A stretch of DNA of 64,000 nt. Source: an uncultured bacterium. GTDB taxonomy: Bacteria > Acidobacteriota > Thermoanaerobaculia > Multivoradales > JAHEKO01. The notes below the pieces were generated by a model. The model was not told the DNA's origin, searched no databases, and saw only the letters and a program-made list of their open reading frames with translations. A program made the translations under genes and the position numbers. Positions 17,971 through 27,246 of this stretch are shown piece after piece; the stretch's first letter is position 1; every line of letters starts with the position of its first letter. The stretch covers positions 26,553 to 90,552 of the forward strand of contig CAJQNK010000123.1 in the NCBI GenBank assembly GCA_905479655.1. Reading direction: 5' to 3'.

Positions 17971-18651
17971 ATGAGAATCCTGGTGGTGGAGGACGAGGAG
18001 GTCCTGGCAGACGCGATCGTCGAGGCGCTCCAGGACGAGTGCTACGCCGTGGACCTGGCGGCTGATGGGGCGACTGCATCCGAGCTCATGCACGTGAACA
18101 GCTACGATCTCGTGATCCTCGACTGGACGATCCCGCCGCCGACGGGGATCCAGCTGCTGCGCCAGTGGCGGGACGGGGGCGACTCGACCCCGGTCCTGAT
18201 GCTGACGGGACGCTCGGAGGTCGAGCACCGTGTCGACGGGCTCGACACCGGGGCGGACGACTACCTCACGAAGCCGTTCTCCTTCGTGGAGTTCCTCGCC
18301 CGGGTGCGCTCCCTAATGCGCCGCCCGCAGCGGACGCTCGCCAACACCCTCGGCGCCGCGGACCTCGAGCTCGACCGGGCCTCCCGCCAGGTGACCCTCG
18401 CCAGCGAGCCGGTCGAGCTGTCGCCGAAGGAGTTCGGGGTGCTGGAGTACCTGCTCCGCCGCCAGGGCGAGGTGGTGACCCGGACCGAGCTCACCGAGCA
18501 CGTCTGGGACGAGACCTTCGACTCGGTCTCGAACGTCATCGACGTGACGGTCTACCGACTGCGCAAGAAGATCGACCGGGAGACGGCGGCGGGGAAGCTG
18601 ATCCACACCGTGAAGGGTGTGGGGTACATCCTGAAGAAAGAGAGGACGTGA
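17971..18651 (+). CDS. OmpR/PhoB-family response regulator (receiver plus winged helix)
   Basis: MRILVVEDEE..., DLVILD phospho-acceptor context, C-terminal ...VKGVGYIL wing. Confidence 0.9.
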   Translation: MRILVVEDEEVLADAIVEALQDECYAVDLAADGATASELMHVNSYDLVILDWTIPPPTGIQLLRQWRDGGDSTPVLMLTGRSEVEHRVDGLDTGADDYLTKPFSFVEFLARVRSLMRRPQRTLANTLGAADLELDRASRQVTLASEPVELSPKEFGVLEYLLRRQGEVVTRTELTEHVWDETFDSVSNVIDVTVYRLRKKIDRETAAGKLIHTVKGVGYILKKERT

Positions 18652-18703
18652 TGCTGCCGAACCGCAGCCTCGAGGCCTCGGGCCCCGTGACGGAGATCGC
18701 GCG

Positions 18704-20572
18704 ATGAATCAAGAGCACCCGGAAGGCGCCAGCGGACTGAAGCGCGTCTTCGACCAGTGGCACTGGATGCCCGCGGCCGTCCTGGCCATGGGGATCGCCT
18801 CGATCGGCCTGCTCATCGCCAGCGACCGGATCCACGAGGAGCTCGTGGCCCGGGATCTGGCGATGGTCTGCGCCGTGAGCGACCTGCAGACCCAGGCGGC
18901 GACGGCCCACCTGTGGATCAAGGAGTTCGTCTCGGGCGACGAGGCCAATCACGACCGGATCTGGGAGCGGCTCGACGGCGCCACGGCGGTGAGCGACGCC
19001 CTCCTGGGCGGCGGCACGGTGCACCAGGTGACGGTGCAGGCGATCACGGAGCCCGCCCTGCGCGCGCAGGCGGAGGAGATCCGGGCACAGATCGTCCGGC
19101 TCCGGGACATCACCGAAGAGCGCGAGGCGCTCTACCGGCAGGGCGAGAGCGTGGGTATCGGGTCGGACATGGACATGCTCCACGACGACCTCTACTTCGC
19201 CCTCACGGACATGAGCGAGGCTCTCGAGCGCCAGATCGTGATGCGGGTCATGGAGAACAAGAGCCAGGCCCAGCTCCTCTTCCGCACGATCCTCATCGCC
19301 TGGGTCCTGATCGTCGCGATGGCGGTGACCGGCCTGTGGAGCCGCGAGCATCGGCGTCGGCAGGCGGAGGCGGCCCTGCGCGAGAGCGAGTCGCAGCTCC
19401 TCCAGGCGCAGAAGATGGAGGCCGTCGGCCGGCTCGCGGGCGGCATCGCCCACGACATCAACAACTACCTGGCGGCGATCACGGCGCAGAGCGAGCTCGT
19501 GCGGATGAAGTCCGAGCCCGGCAGCCGGGTGGCCACCAAGATGGACTCGGTGATCGCCACCGCCCAGAAGGCGTCGACGCTGATCAAGCGCCTGCTGGCG
19601 TTCAGCCGCCGGCAGCCGGTGCAGCCGGAGGTCGTGAAGCTCAACCGCGTCGTCGAGGGTCTGGGCAAGATGATGACGCGGCTCATCGGCGAGGACGTCG
19701 AGCTGGAGACCGCCCTCGAGCGCAGCATCTGGAACGTGCGCATCGACCCCTCGCAGCTCGAGCAGGTGATCGTCAACCTCCTGGTGAACGCCCGGGAGGC
19801 GATGCCCACCGGCGGCCGCCTGATGCTCACGACCCGCAACTACCGCCTCGGCCAGGCCTGGGAGGAGGCGCCGGTGAACCTGCCGCCGGGCGAGTACGTG
19901 ATGCTCTCCATCGCCGACAGCGGCACCGGCATCCCGCCCGAGATCCGGGACAAGATCTTCGAGCCGTTCTTCACCACGAAGGAGGAGGCGGGCCGCTCGG
20001 GTCTCGGCCTGGCGACGGTCTACGGCATCGTGCGCCAGAACGGTGGCCACATCACCGTCCGCAGCCAGGTAGGTGAGGGCACGGAGTTCCGCATCTTGGT
20101 CCCCCGTTGCACCGAGCCCGAGACTCGCCCCGTGACCTCGGCCGTGCGGGCCGAGCCGCCCGCCCGGGGCCACCAGGAGCGCATCCTGCTCGTCGAGGAC
20201 AGCGACGACCTGCGGGACTCGACCCGCGGCCTGCTCGAGGAGATGGGCTACCGCGTCGACGTGGCGGCGAACGGCGAGGAGGCCCTGCGTCTCTACGACA
20301 CGCTGGGCGACTCGTTGGACCTCCTCATCACCGACGTCGTGATGCCGGGAATGAGCGGCCGCGAGGTGATGGACCACATCCGTCAGCGCAACCGCGAGCT
20401 CAACGTGCTCTTCATCTCGGGCTACACGGACAGCGTCGTGGTGCGCCACGGAGTGCGCGACGGCGAGTTCGAGTTCCTGCAGAAGCCCTTCTCGGCCGAG
20501 AGCCTGGCGCGCAAGGTCCGCGACGTGCTCGAGGATCGCCCGCCCAAGACGCCGAAGTCGGCCACGGGCTGA
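18704..20572 (+). CDS. Hybrid sensor histidine kinase (HisKA-HATPase_c plus C-terminal receiver)
   Basis: H-box [15 protein letters not shown] boxes ([25 protein letters not shown]), receiver [11 protein letters not shown]...[12 protein letters not shown]. Confidence 0.85.
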   Translation: MNQEHPEGASGLKRVFDQWHWMPAAVLAMGIASIGLLIASDRIHEELVARDLAMVCAVSDLQTQAATAHLWIKEFVSGDEANHDRIWERLDGATAVSDALLGGGTVHQVTVQAITEPALRAQAEEIRAQIVRLRDITEEREALYRQGESVGIGSDMDMLHDDLYFALTDMSEALERQIVMRVMENKSQAQLLFRTILIAWVLIVAMAVTGLWSREHRRRQAEAALRESESQLLQAQKMEAVGRLAGGIAHDINNYLAAITAQSELVRMKSEPGSRVATKMDSVIATAQKASTLIKRLLAFSRRQPVQPEVVKLNRVVEGLGKMMTRLIGEDVELETALERSIWNVRIDPSQLEQVIVNLLVNAREAMPTGGRLMLTTRNYRLGQAWEEAPVNLPPGEYVMLSIADSGTGIPPEIRDKIFEPFFTTKEEAGRSGLGLATVYGIVRQNGGHITVRSQVGEGTEFRILVPRCTEPETRPVTSAVRAEPPARGHQERILLVEDSDDLRDSTRGLLEEMGYRVDVAANGEEALRLYDTLGDSLDLLITDVVMPGMSGREVMDHIRQRNRELNVLFISGYTDSVVVRHGVRDGEFEFLQKPFSAESLARKVRDVLEDRPPKTPKSATG

Positions 20573-20606
20573 TGCGACCCGAAGCCGCGCGGAGGACGGG
20601 GGAGAG

Positions 20607-21167
20607 GTGATGGCCTGGATTCGCACGATCGAGCCGGGGGAGGCCACGGGCCTCCTGAAGCGCCTCTTCGACGCCGCCATCGAACGCGCCGGCAAAGTCT
20701 TCCACGTCATCCAGATCCAGGGCCTGCGCCCCCATACGCTGCGCGTCTCCACCCAGCTCTATACGGAGGTGATGCACTCGTCGCGCAGCGGCCTCACGAG
20801 GGCCCAGCGCGAGATGATCGCCACCGCCGTCTCCCGCGCCAACGGGTGCCACTACTGAACCCGCGCCCACGCAGAGGACCTCCGTGCCGAGGTCCCCGAC
20901 ACCCCCGAGGGGCGGGCGCTGGTGGAGGCCGTGGCCATGGACCACCGCGAGGGCGACCTCGATCCGGCGGACCGGGCCATGCTCGACTACGCCCTGAAGC
21001 TCACCCGCACGCCCCAGGCGATGCGCCGGCGCGACGTGGAGGAGCTGCGCCGCCACGGCTTCGACGACGGGGCGATCCACGACGTCGTCCAGGTGACCGG
21101 CCTCTTCGCCTACTACAACCGCATCGCGGACGGGCTGGGGATCGAGGGCGAGCCCGAGTGGGAGTGA
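20607..21167 (+). CDS. AhpD-like (carboxymuconolactone decarboxylase family) peroxidase-related protein with in-frame TGA at 20856-20858; probable selenoprotein (or a pseudogene if Sec machinery is absent)
   Basis: Listed ORFs 20607..20858 and 20922..21167 are in the same frame, and the intervening segment TRAHAEDLRAEVPDTPEGRALVEAV is also in frame; readthrough gives a ~186-aa protein of typical family length; the TGA replaces the second Cys of the AhpD catalytic motif C-x-x-C-x3-H (ANGCHY-U-TRAH). Confidence 0.6.
20876..20895 (+). promoter_or_regulatory. SECIS-like hairpin 17 nt downstream of the in-frame UGA: 7-bp stem GGACCUC/GAGGUCC, loop CGUGCC (contains GU)
   Basis: Read directly; position and apical GU are compatible with bacterial SECIS elements. 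Confidence 0.35.
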
Positions 21168-21198
21168 GCCCCCGGCCATGGTCCTCACCGGGAGGGGT

Positions 21199-22146
21199 TC
21201 AGGGGGCGCTCTCGTCCGCGGTCGGGGGCAGGGCCGGCGAAATGTACGGCACGAGGCCCGGGTCCGGGGGCCACGGTAGGAGGAGACCGCCGCCGATACC
21301 GCGGGCCACCTCGTTGCCGTAGAGGTGGGCGACGAGGTACATGGCGACGTCGAAGCTGCGCGCGCCCCCCTGGGAGGTGAGGGCGGGGCCGTCGTGGACG
21401 AAGCTGACGTTGACCTGGAGGTCGATCCCGGGGAAGCGCCGGGCGAACGACTCGTAGTCGGAGGGGAAGGTAGTGGCGGACCTCCCGTCCAGCAGATCCG
21501 CCTCGGCCAGGACGAAGGCGCCCCAACACAGGGAGACGACGAAACGCGCGTCGGAGCCGACCCGCCGTACCCACTCGACCAGCTCGCGGTTCTCGAGGTC
21601 GGTGCCCCGGCTGCCCTGGGCGCTCGGCACGACCAGGATGTCGAGGGCCGGGGCGTCGGCGAAGCCGAAGTCGGGCGTCAGCCGCAGGCCTTCCGCGGTG
21701 GTGACCGGCCGGCCGTCGGGAGAGATCGAGACGACGTCGATCCAGGGCTCGCCGCGAACGTGGTAGCGGGTGTGCTGGAGCACGTCCCACGGGGCGGTGA
21801 GCTCCGTGTTGTATACGCCGTCCACCAGCAGGAAGCCGGCCACCAGGGGCTTGGGGTCGGTGGGCTGGTCGGCGCTCCCGTCGCCGCCGGCCACGATGGC
21901 CGTCGGGAGCCCCAGGACGAGGAGCGTGGCGAGGGTCCATCTGGAGACGAGGGAGTGGAGCAGGGTATGGCGGAACGAGGCGTGGCGGAACAAGGCGAAG
22001 ACCCTCCGGTTGCGAGGCCGATGATACCGCACGGCCCCGGGGTCTCCGGGGCGGCCGAGATCCGCGGCTCGTCCCCGATCGGAACCTCCGTCGGGGTCCG
22101 GCTGGCATTCCATCGACTTTGGGGGATAATAGGGCGCTCGTTTCAC
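21199..22146 (-). CDS. DJ-1/PfpI (class I glutamine amidotransferase-like) family protein, probably exported; start codon uncertain
   Basis: Nucleophile-elbow VVSLCWGAFVLAEA; hydrophobic N-terminal segment TLATLLVLGLPTAIVAGG; several candidate starts. Confidence 0.6.
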   Translation of the reverse strand: MKRAPYYPPKSMECQPDPDGGSDRGRAADLGRPGDPGAVRYHRPRNRRVFALFRHASFRHTLLHSLVSRWTLATLLVLGLPTAIVAGGDGSADQPTDPKPLVAGFLLVDGVYNTELTAPWDVLQHTRYHVRGEPWIDVVSISPDGRPVTTAEGLRLTPDFGFADAPALDILVVPSAQGSRGTDLENRELVEWVRRVGSDARFVVSLCWGAFVLAEADLLDGRSATTFPSDYESFARRFPGIDLQVNVSFVHDGPALTSQGGARSFDVAMYLVAHLYGNEVARGIGGGLLLPWPPDPGLVPYISPALPPTADESAP

Positions 22147-22217
22147 CAGAACGTCGCGCGGCTCACGGCCGCGTTCGCCCCAAGCCGCTGCTCCGGGTGA
22201 GAAGGAGACCGACTCAA

Positions 22218-24299
22218 ATGCGACCCAAGAAGCTCGGGGAGAGCGTCCTCCTCTCCGTTCTGCTCTCCCTCCCCTTCGCCCTCTCGGCGACGGGCGGCAT
22301 CGCGGGCCCCGGCCTGCTGCCTCTGCCTACGACGGCGAACGACTTCCTCCAACCCGGAACGCAGCCCGAGACGCTGGACGAGGCGATCTTCGACTCCAAC
22401 GACTGCCGCGACTGCCACGGTGACTACGACCTCGAGGTCGAGCCGTACGGGCGCTGGAAGGGCAGCATGATGGCCCAGTCGTCCCGCGACCCGGTCTTCT
22501 GGGCCTGCCTCGCCATCGCCAACCAGGACGTGAACGGGGTCGGGGAGATCTGCCTACGCTGCCACACGCCCAGCGCGTGGTTGGGCGGGCGCAGCGACCC
22601 GCCGGACGGCTCGGCGCTGGACCCGGCGCAGGGCGACTTCGACGGCGTCACCTGCCACGTCTGCCACCGCCTGGTCGACCCGGTGTTCGATCCGGACGAG
22701 AACCCGCCGGTGGACGAGGAGGTGCTGGCGGCGCTGCCGCTGGTGCCCGGGGAGCCTCATACGGCCCAGTACATCATCGATCCCATCGACCGGCGCCGCG
22801 GGCCTTTCGTCCTGTTTCCCGGCTTCCCCTGGCACCGTTGGGCGCAGTCGCCCTTCCACCGCGAGGCGATGCTGTGCGCCAACTGCCACGACGTCTCGAA
22901 TCCGGCTCTCTCCCGGCAGGAGGACGGCACCTACAAGCTCAACGAGCTCGACACCCCGCACCCGACCCACGACAAGCAGGACGAGTTCCCGATCGAGCGC
23001 ACCTTCACCGAGTGGAAGCTCTCCTCGTTCGGGCAGGCCGAGATCGACGTCGACGGGCGCTTCGGGGGCAACAAGCCGGCGGTCTCGACCTGTCAGGACT
23101 GCCACCTCGAGGACCACACCGGGGAGGCGTGCAAGCCCGGGGTCGGCGGGACCCAGCGCGACGACATGCCCCTCCACAACTTCAACGGCGCCAACTCCTG
23201 GGTGATCGCGGCCGTCCGCACCCTGTACCCGGACGCGGAGACGGGACTCACGGACGAGATCGCCGACGCGGCCCTGGCGCGCAACGTCTCGATGCTGGAG
23301 CGGGCCGGCGATCTCGAGGTCTTCCTGCGCGACGGTCAGCTCGTGACCCGGGTGATCAATCGCACGGGGCACAAGCTGCCGACGGGTTACGGCGAGGGGC
23401 GCCGCATGTGGCTCCACGTCGAGTTCCTCGACGAGGTGGGCCAGCTCCTGGAGGACCGCGGCCACTACGACGCCGAGACGGCCACCCTGACGACGGACGA
23501 CACCCGGGTCTACGAGTCGCATCAGGGCCTGGACGACTACATGGCCGAACAGACGGGACTGCCGGCGGGGGAGAGCTTTCACTTCGTCCTCAACAACACC
23601 GTCTACAAGGATAACCGGGTTCCCCCCCGCGGCTTCGTGAACGCGGTGTACGACGAGCACCAGACCGGGGTCGTGGATCACGTCTACGCGGACGAGCAGT
23701 ACTGGGACGACGCCCTCTTCGATCTGCCCCAGGGCACCGCCAGCGTCCGCGTCACCCTCTACCACCAGACGACCTCGCGCGAGTACATCGAGTTCCTGCG
23801 CGACGAGAACCGCACCAACGACCGGGGCCAGATCGCCCACGACGTCTGGGTCGAGCAGGGACGGAGCGCTCCGGTCCCGATGTCGAGCGTCGAGGTGGAC
23901 GTCGCCGTGGGCGCCTGCCCCCAGCCGATCGTCTACGGCCTGGGCAACGTCGCCTCCAACGGCGATCGCGCGCGGCTCGGCTGGAGCGGCACGCCCAGCG
24001 TGGCGGCCGGGGACTTCGTCGTCGAGCTCTCCGGCGCGGTGCCGGGTCGCGCGACGCTGCTCGTCGGCGACGGCACGGCGAGCGAGCCGTTCGAGGCGGG
24101 CACGCGGCTGGTGGCGGCGCCGCGTCGGGTGGTGAGCTTCACCGTCGCCGCCGACGGCACCGCATCCGTCCCCGTGCCCCTCGCCGGACACCCCGGCCTG
24201 GCGGGTCGAGAGATCACCGTGCAGGTTCTCTTCGAGGACTCCGTCGGCGGCTCCCGGGCCAGCCTGAGCGACGCCCTTCACATCGACATCTGTCCCTAG
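22218..24299 (+). CDS. Secreted pentaheme c-type cytochrome
   Basis: AAGGAG then ATG at 22218; signal peptide; five CxxCH motifs (CRDCH, CLRCH, CHVCH, CANCH, CQDCH) plus a heme-free ~250-aa C-terminal domain. Confidence 0.8.
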   Translation: MRPKKLGESVLLSVLLSLPFALSATGGIAGPGLLPLPTTANDFLQPGTQPETLDEAIFDSNDCRDCHGDYDLEVEPYGRWKGSMMAQSSRDPVFWACLAIANQDVNGVGEICLRCHTPSAWLGGRSDPPDGSALDPAQGDFDGVTCHVCHRLVDPVFDPDENPPVDEEVLAALPLVPGEPHTAQYIIDPIDRRRGPFVLFPGFPWHRWAQSPFHREAMLCANCHDVSNPALSRQEDGTYKLNELDTPHPTHDKQDEFPIERTFTEWKLSSFGQAEIDVDGRFGGNKPAVSTCQDCHLEDHTGEACKPGVGGTQRDDMPLHNFNGANSWVIAAVRTLYPDAETGLTDEIADAALARNVSMLERAGDLEVFLRDGQLVTRVINRTGHKLPTGYGEGRRMWLHVEFLDEVGQLLEDRGHYDAETATLTTDDTRVYESHQGLDDYMAEQTGLPAGESFHFVLNNTVYKDNRVPPRGFVNAVYDEHQTGVVDHVYADEQYWDDALFDLPQGTASVRVTLYHQTTSREYIEFLRDENRTNDRGQIAHDVWVEQGRSAPVPMSSVEVDVAVGACPQPIVYGLGNVASNGDRARLGWSGTPSVAAGDFVVELSGAVPGRATLLVGDGTASEPFEAGTRLVAAPRRVVSFTVAADGTASVPVPLAGHPGLAGREITVQVLFEDSVGGSRASLSDALHIDICP

Positions 24300-24366
24300 A
24301 ACCGGACCGGGCGACGCGCCGCGATCGGCGCGCCCCCGGGATCCAACCCAACCGCAAGGAGATTCC

Positions 24367-26301
24367 ATGCCTTCGACCTTCCGTACCTTCTCCCGTCACG
24401 GCGCGGTCGCCGTGGCGCTTTTGACCCTCCTCGTCGCCTCGGCGGCCGGGGCGGTCACCCTCGACGTCCTGGAGCCGCAGCAGCAGGCGGTCTACTCCAT
24501 GCTCACGCTGCGCGGGACCGATTTCGGCACCTACAGCCCAGGCATCAGCAAGATCGTCTTCACCAGCGGTGACGGCTCGATCGTCATCGACGACGCCCGG
24601 CCCTACGTCTGGCGGAACGACTTCATCCAGGTGCGGGTCCCGGTCGGCGGACCCGCCGGCAAGATCCCGCTGGACGACATCGACGTGACGGTCGAGGCCG
24701 TCGGCGGCACCTCCAACGCGTTGCCGTTCCAGGTCCTCGCCCGGCCCTCGGCGGACACGCTGAACTTCGTCCAGCGGACCCAGATCGTCGCCAACGAGGA
24801 GGTCTCGGGTTTCCTCGGCTCCGTCGACGACAACAAGGCCCGCACCAAGGACGCCCACTTCGGTGACGTCAACGGCGACGGCTATCCGGACCTGATCGAC
24901 AACAACTCGAACAACAGCAACAACGGCACCCACTCCGTCCTGCGGCTGAACGACGGCGGCACCGGCTTCTCCGACGCGCGCTGGGAGCCGCTGGACTCGA
25001 ACGACTCGGGCACCTTCGTGGTGACGATCCTGCCCGGCGGCCTCTACCCCGGCAACGTCGTGGTGTACGACGCGGACCTCATCGACCTGAACAACGACGA
25101 GCTGCCCGACTGGGTGACCGGCGACGCCGGTTCGGCGCTGCGCGTCCGCGTCGACATGAACGACTACCAGGGCGTTCCCGGCCGGTTCGTCGAGGACACG
25201 GCGACCTGGCTGCCCAGCCAGTCCGCGCCGGGCTCCCCGGACGACGTCTGCTCGACCGACGTCAACTTCGACGGCTTCGTGGACATCGCGGTCTCCTACC
25301 GCTTCAGCAAGAACGTGGACGTCTTCTACAACGACAACGGCCAGACCTTCGGCGTGTCCCGCCGTCTGTCCGGTGTCGGTACGGCCTCCTTCCACGACGT
25401 GTTCTTCATCGACGCCAACGACGACGGCTTCGCGGACGTGATCGCCGTCAACGAGAGCGCCGGCTCGCAGCTCTTCCTGAGTGACGGCAACCTGCCGACC
25501 CCCAACTTCACCCATGACCAGACGTTCGCGGACGACGGCCACTCCGGCGTCGCCGCCGACCTCAACGGCGACGGTCTCGAGGACTTCGTGCTCTCGGAGT
25601 TCAACAAGGCGGTGGCCTACATCAACAACCCCCTGAGCCCCGGGAGCTTCCAGACCGTCGCCCTGCCCAATCCGAAGGACTTCACCTACGATCTCGAGGC
25701 CGGCGACGTCGACCTCGACGGCGACATCGACATCATCGGTGCCGTGGTGACCCTGACGGACATCGGCGACAACGCCTCCAGGGTGTGGATCAACGGCGGC
25801 AACGGCCAGAACTGGACCACCTGGACCCAGGCCAGCGACATCCTGCCGGGCATCGGCGACTACGAGCGCCTGTCGGCCGACCTGTTCGACTTCGACCTGG
25901 ACGGCGACCTGGACCTCTACCTGACGGGTTCGGACGGCTCGGGACCCTGGGGCTTCGGCGCGTCCCCGAATCAGTTCTGGGAGAATCGGCAGATCGGCCA
26001 TCGGCTGAGCGTGACCGGCAGCTGCCCGGGCCCGGGCTCGGTCGACGTGAGCGTCGCGACGCCGAACGCCTCGCTGGCGATCCTGGGCTCAGCGACGCCG
26101 GGCAGCGTCACGGTGCCGGCCGGACCCTGCCCCGGAATCACGATCGATCTGGCCAGCCCGTCGATCCTCGCGACGGTCAGCGCCGACGCCAACGGCAACT
26201 TCAGCCTGGCGCCGACCTTCCCGTCCAACGCCTGCGGCTTCTATCTGCAGGTGATCGACCTCGACGACTGTTCGGTGAGCAACCGCGTCGCCGTCCCCTG
26301 A
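24367..26301 (+). CDS. Secreted IPT/TIG-domain plus FG-GAP/VCBS-repeat (integrin-alpha-like beta-propeller) protein
   Basis: AAGGAG then ATG; signal peptide; repeated FG-GAP-like D-x-N/D-G-D-G motifs (DVNGDGYPDL, DANDDGFADV, DLNGDGLEDF, DVDLDGDIDI, DFDLDGDLDL). Confidence 0.75.
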   Translation: MPSTFRTFSRHGAVAVALLTLLVASAAGAVTLDVLEPQQQAVYSMLTLRGTDFGTYSPGISKIVFTSGDGSIVIDDARPYVWRNDFIQVRVPVGGPAGKIPLDDIDVTVEAVGGTSNALPFQVLARPSADTLNFVQRTQIVANEEVSGFLGSVDDNKARTKDAHFGDVNGDGYPDLIDNNSNNSNNGTHSVLRLNDGGTGFSDARWEPLDSNDSGTFVVTILPGGLYPGNVVVYDADLIDLNNDELPDWVTGDAGSALRVRVDMNDYQGVPGRFVEDTATWLPSQSAPGSPDDVCSTDVNFDGFVDIAVSYRFSKNVDVFYNDNGQTFGVSRRLSGVGTASFHDVFFIDANDDGFADVIAVNESAGSQLFLSDGNLPTPNFTHDQTFADDGHSGVAADLNGDGLEDFVLSEFNKAVAYINNPLSPGSFQTVALPNPKDFTYDLEAGDVDLDGDIDIIGAVVTLTDIGDNASRVWINGGNGQNWTTWTQASDILPGIGDYERLSADLFDFDLDGDLDLYLTGSDGSGPWGFGASPNQFWENRQIGHRLSVTGSCPGPGSVDVSVATPNASLAILGSATPGSVTVPAGPCPGITIDLASPSILATVSADANGNFSLAPTFPSNACGFYLQVIDLDDCSVSNRVAVP

Positions 26302-26449
26302 CGGCGTTCGACCCGTCGCAGAAGTCCCTGGGCCCGGCGTTCGACCGCCGGGCCCTTCTCTCGTCGCGGCGGGCGGCGCTCGACGGGTGGACGCCCGCGT
26401 CGGGGGAGGGAGCCCAGCCCGGGGTCGTTTCTTGGGCTCCCCGCGCCTT

Positions 26450-26480
26450 TGCTAGAATCCGGGTCGTCCGGGTCCGGATT
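26450..26480 (+). promoter_or_regulatory. Extended -10 promoter TGcTAGAAT (26450-26458) overlapped by a perfect inverted repeat AATCCGG-N11-CCGGATT (26456-26480); candidate operator
   Basis: Read directly; lies 58 nt upstream of the bacilliredoxin-like gene start. Confidence 0.4.
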
Positions 26481-26537
26481 GGGCCCGGGCGGGGCGGGAA
26501 CGCCCTCATCCCTCAGGAAGATCTCAAAGGAGGTTGC

Positions 26538-26966
26538 GTGTATAGCCCGATCATGGTTCGACCCATGCGGGAGGAGCTCACCGCCATCGGTTTCGAGGAG
26601 CTCCGGACCGCAGACGACGTGGACAACTTCATGGCGGCGAAGCAGGGCACGGCCCTGCTGGTCATCAACTCGGTGTGCGGCTGTGCCGCCGGCCAGGCCC
26701 GGCCCGGCGTGCGCTTCGCGTTGGAGCAGGCGGAGAGCCGCGGCCTCAAGCCGGCCCGGCTGGTGACCGTCTTCGCCGGGCAGGACGCGGAGGCGACGCA
26801 GAAGGCGCGTTCGTACTTCGCGGACATCCCGCACTCGAGCCCCTCGATGGCCGTCTTCCGCGACGGCGAGCTGGTCTACTTCGTGCCGCGACACAAGATC
26901 GAAGGGCGCTCGGCGGAGCAGGTGGCCCAGGATCTTCTGGGCGCCTTCGAGCGCAACGAGGGCTAG
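26538..26966 (+). CDS. Bacilliredoxin-like (YphP/YqiW, DUF1094) thioredoxin-fold protein with CGC motif
   Basis: AAGGAGG 5 nt before GTG 26538; ...PMREELTAIGFEEL..., LVINSVCGCAAGQARP CGC redox motif; ~142 aa. Confidence 0.7.
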   Translation: MYSPIMVRPMREELTAIGFEELRTADDVDNFMAAKQGTALLVINSVCGCAAGQARPGVRFALEQAESRGLKPARLVTVFAGQDAEATQKARSYFADIPHSSPSMAVFRDGELVYFVPRHKIEGRSAEQVAQDLLGAFERNEG

Positions 26967-26970
26967 CGCC

Positions 26971-27246
26971 GTGGGCACCTTCCACCAGGGCAAGAGCGAG
27001 CTCCACGGCACCACCGTCGTGGTGGACACGACGGGGCCGGAGGTGTTCGTCGGACGGTGCGACGACGTTCTGGAGCACGGTGTTCTCCTCCTCGACGCCG
27101 ACGTCCACCGGGACGGCGAGGACGGTCGTTCGAAGGAGGAGTACGTGCGTCGGGCGGCCCAGCTCGGGGTGTGGAAGAAGCTCGACCGCGTGCTGGTGCC
27201 CCAGGCCCAGGTGGCGTCGATCCGCCGCCTGGGGGAGATCGAGTGA
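26971..27246 (+). CDS. Hypothetical protein (91 aa), translationally coupled between brx-like and DUF423 genes
   Basis: GTG start 4 nt after the upstream stop; the downstream gene overlaps its stop (GTGA). Confidence 0.5.
   Translation: MGTFHQGKSELHGTTVVVDTTGPEVFVGRCDDVLEHGVLLLDADVHRDGEDGRSKEEYVRRAAQLGVWKKLDRVLVPQAQVASIRRLGEIE

Noticed and set aside
18536-20752. 738-aa minus-strand ORF
   Set aside because: Antisense of the hybrid histidine kinase gene.
20856-20858. The in-frame TGA of the AhpD-like gene as a simple nonsense mutation or pseudogene
   Set aside because: Not rejected outright. It is less likely because the downstream 300 nt stay in frame with intact family motifs, the stop is at the exact catalytic Cys column, and a SECIS-like hairpin follows. 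It is kept as the alternative under finding 1.
24214-26001. 595-aa minus-strand ORF
   Set aside because: Antisense of the FG-GAP gene.
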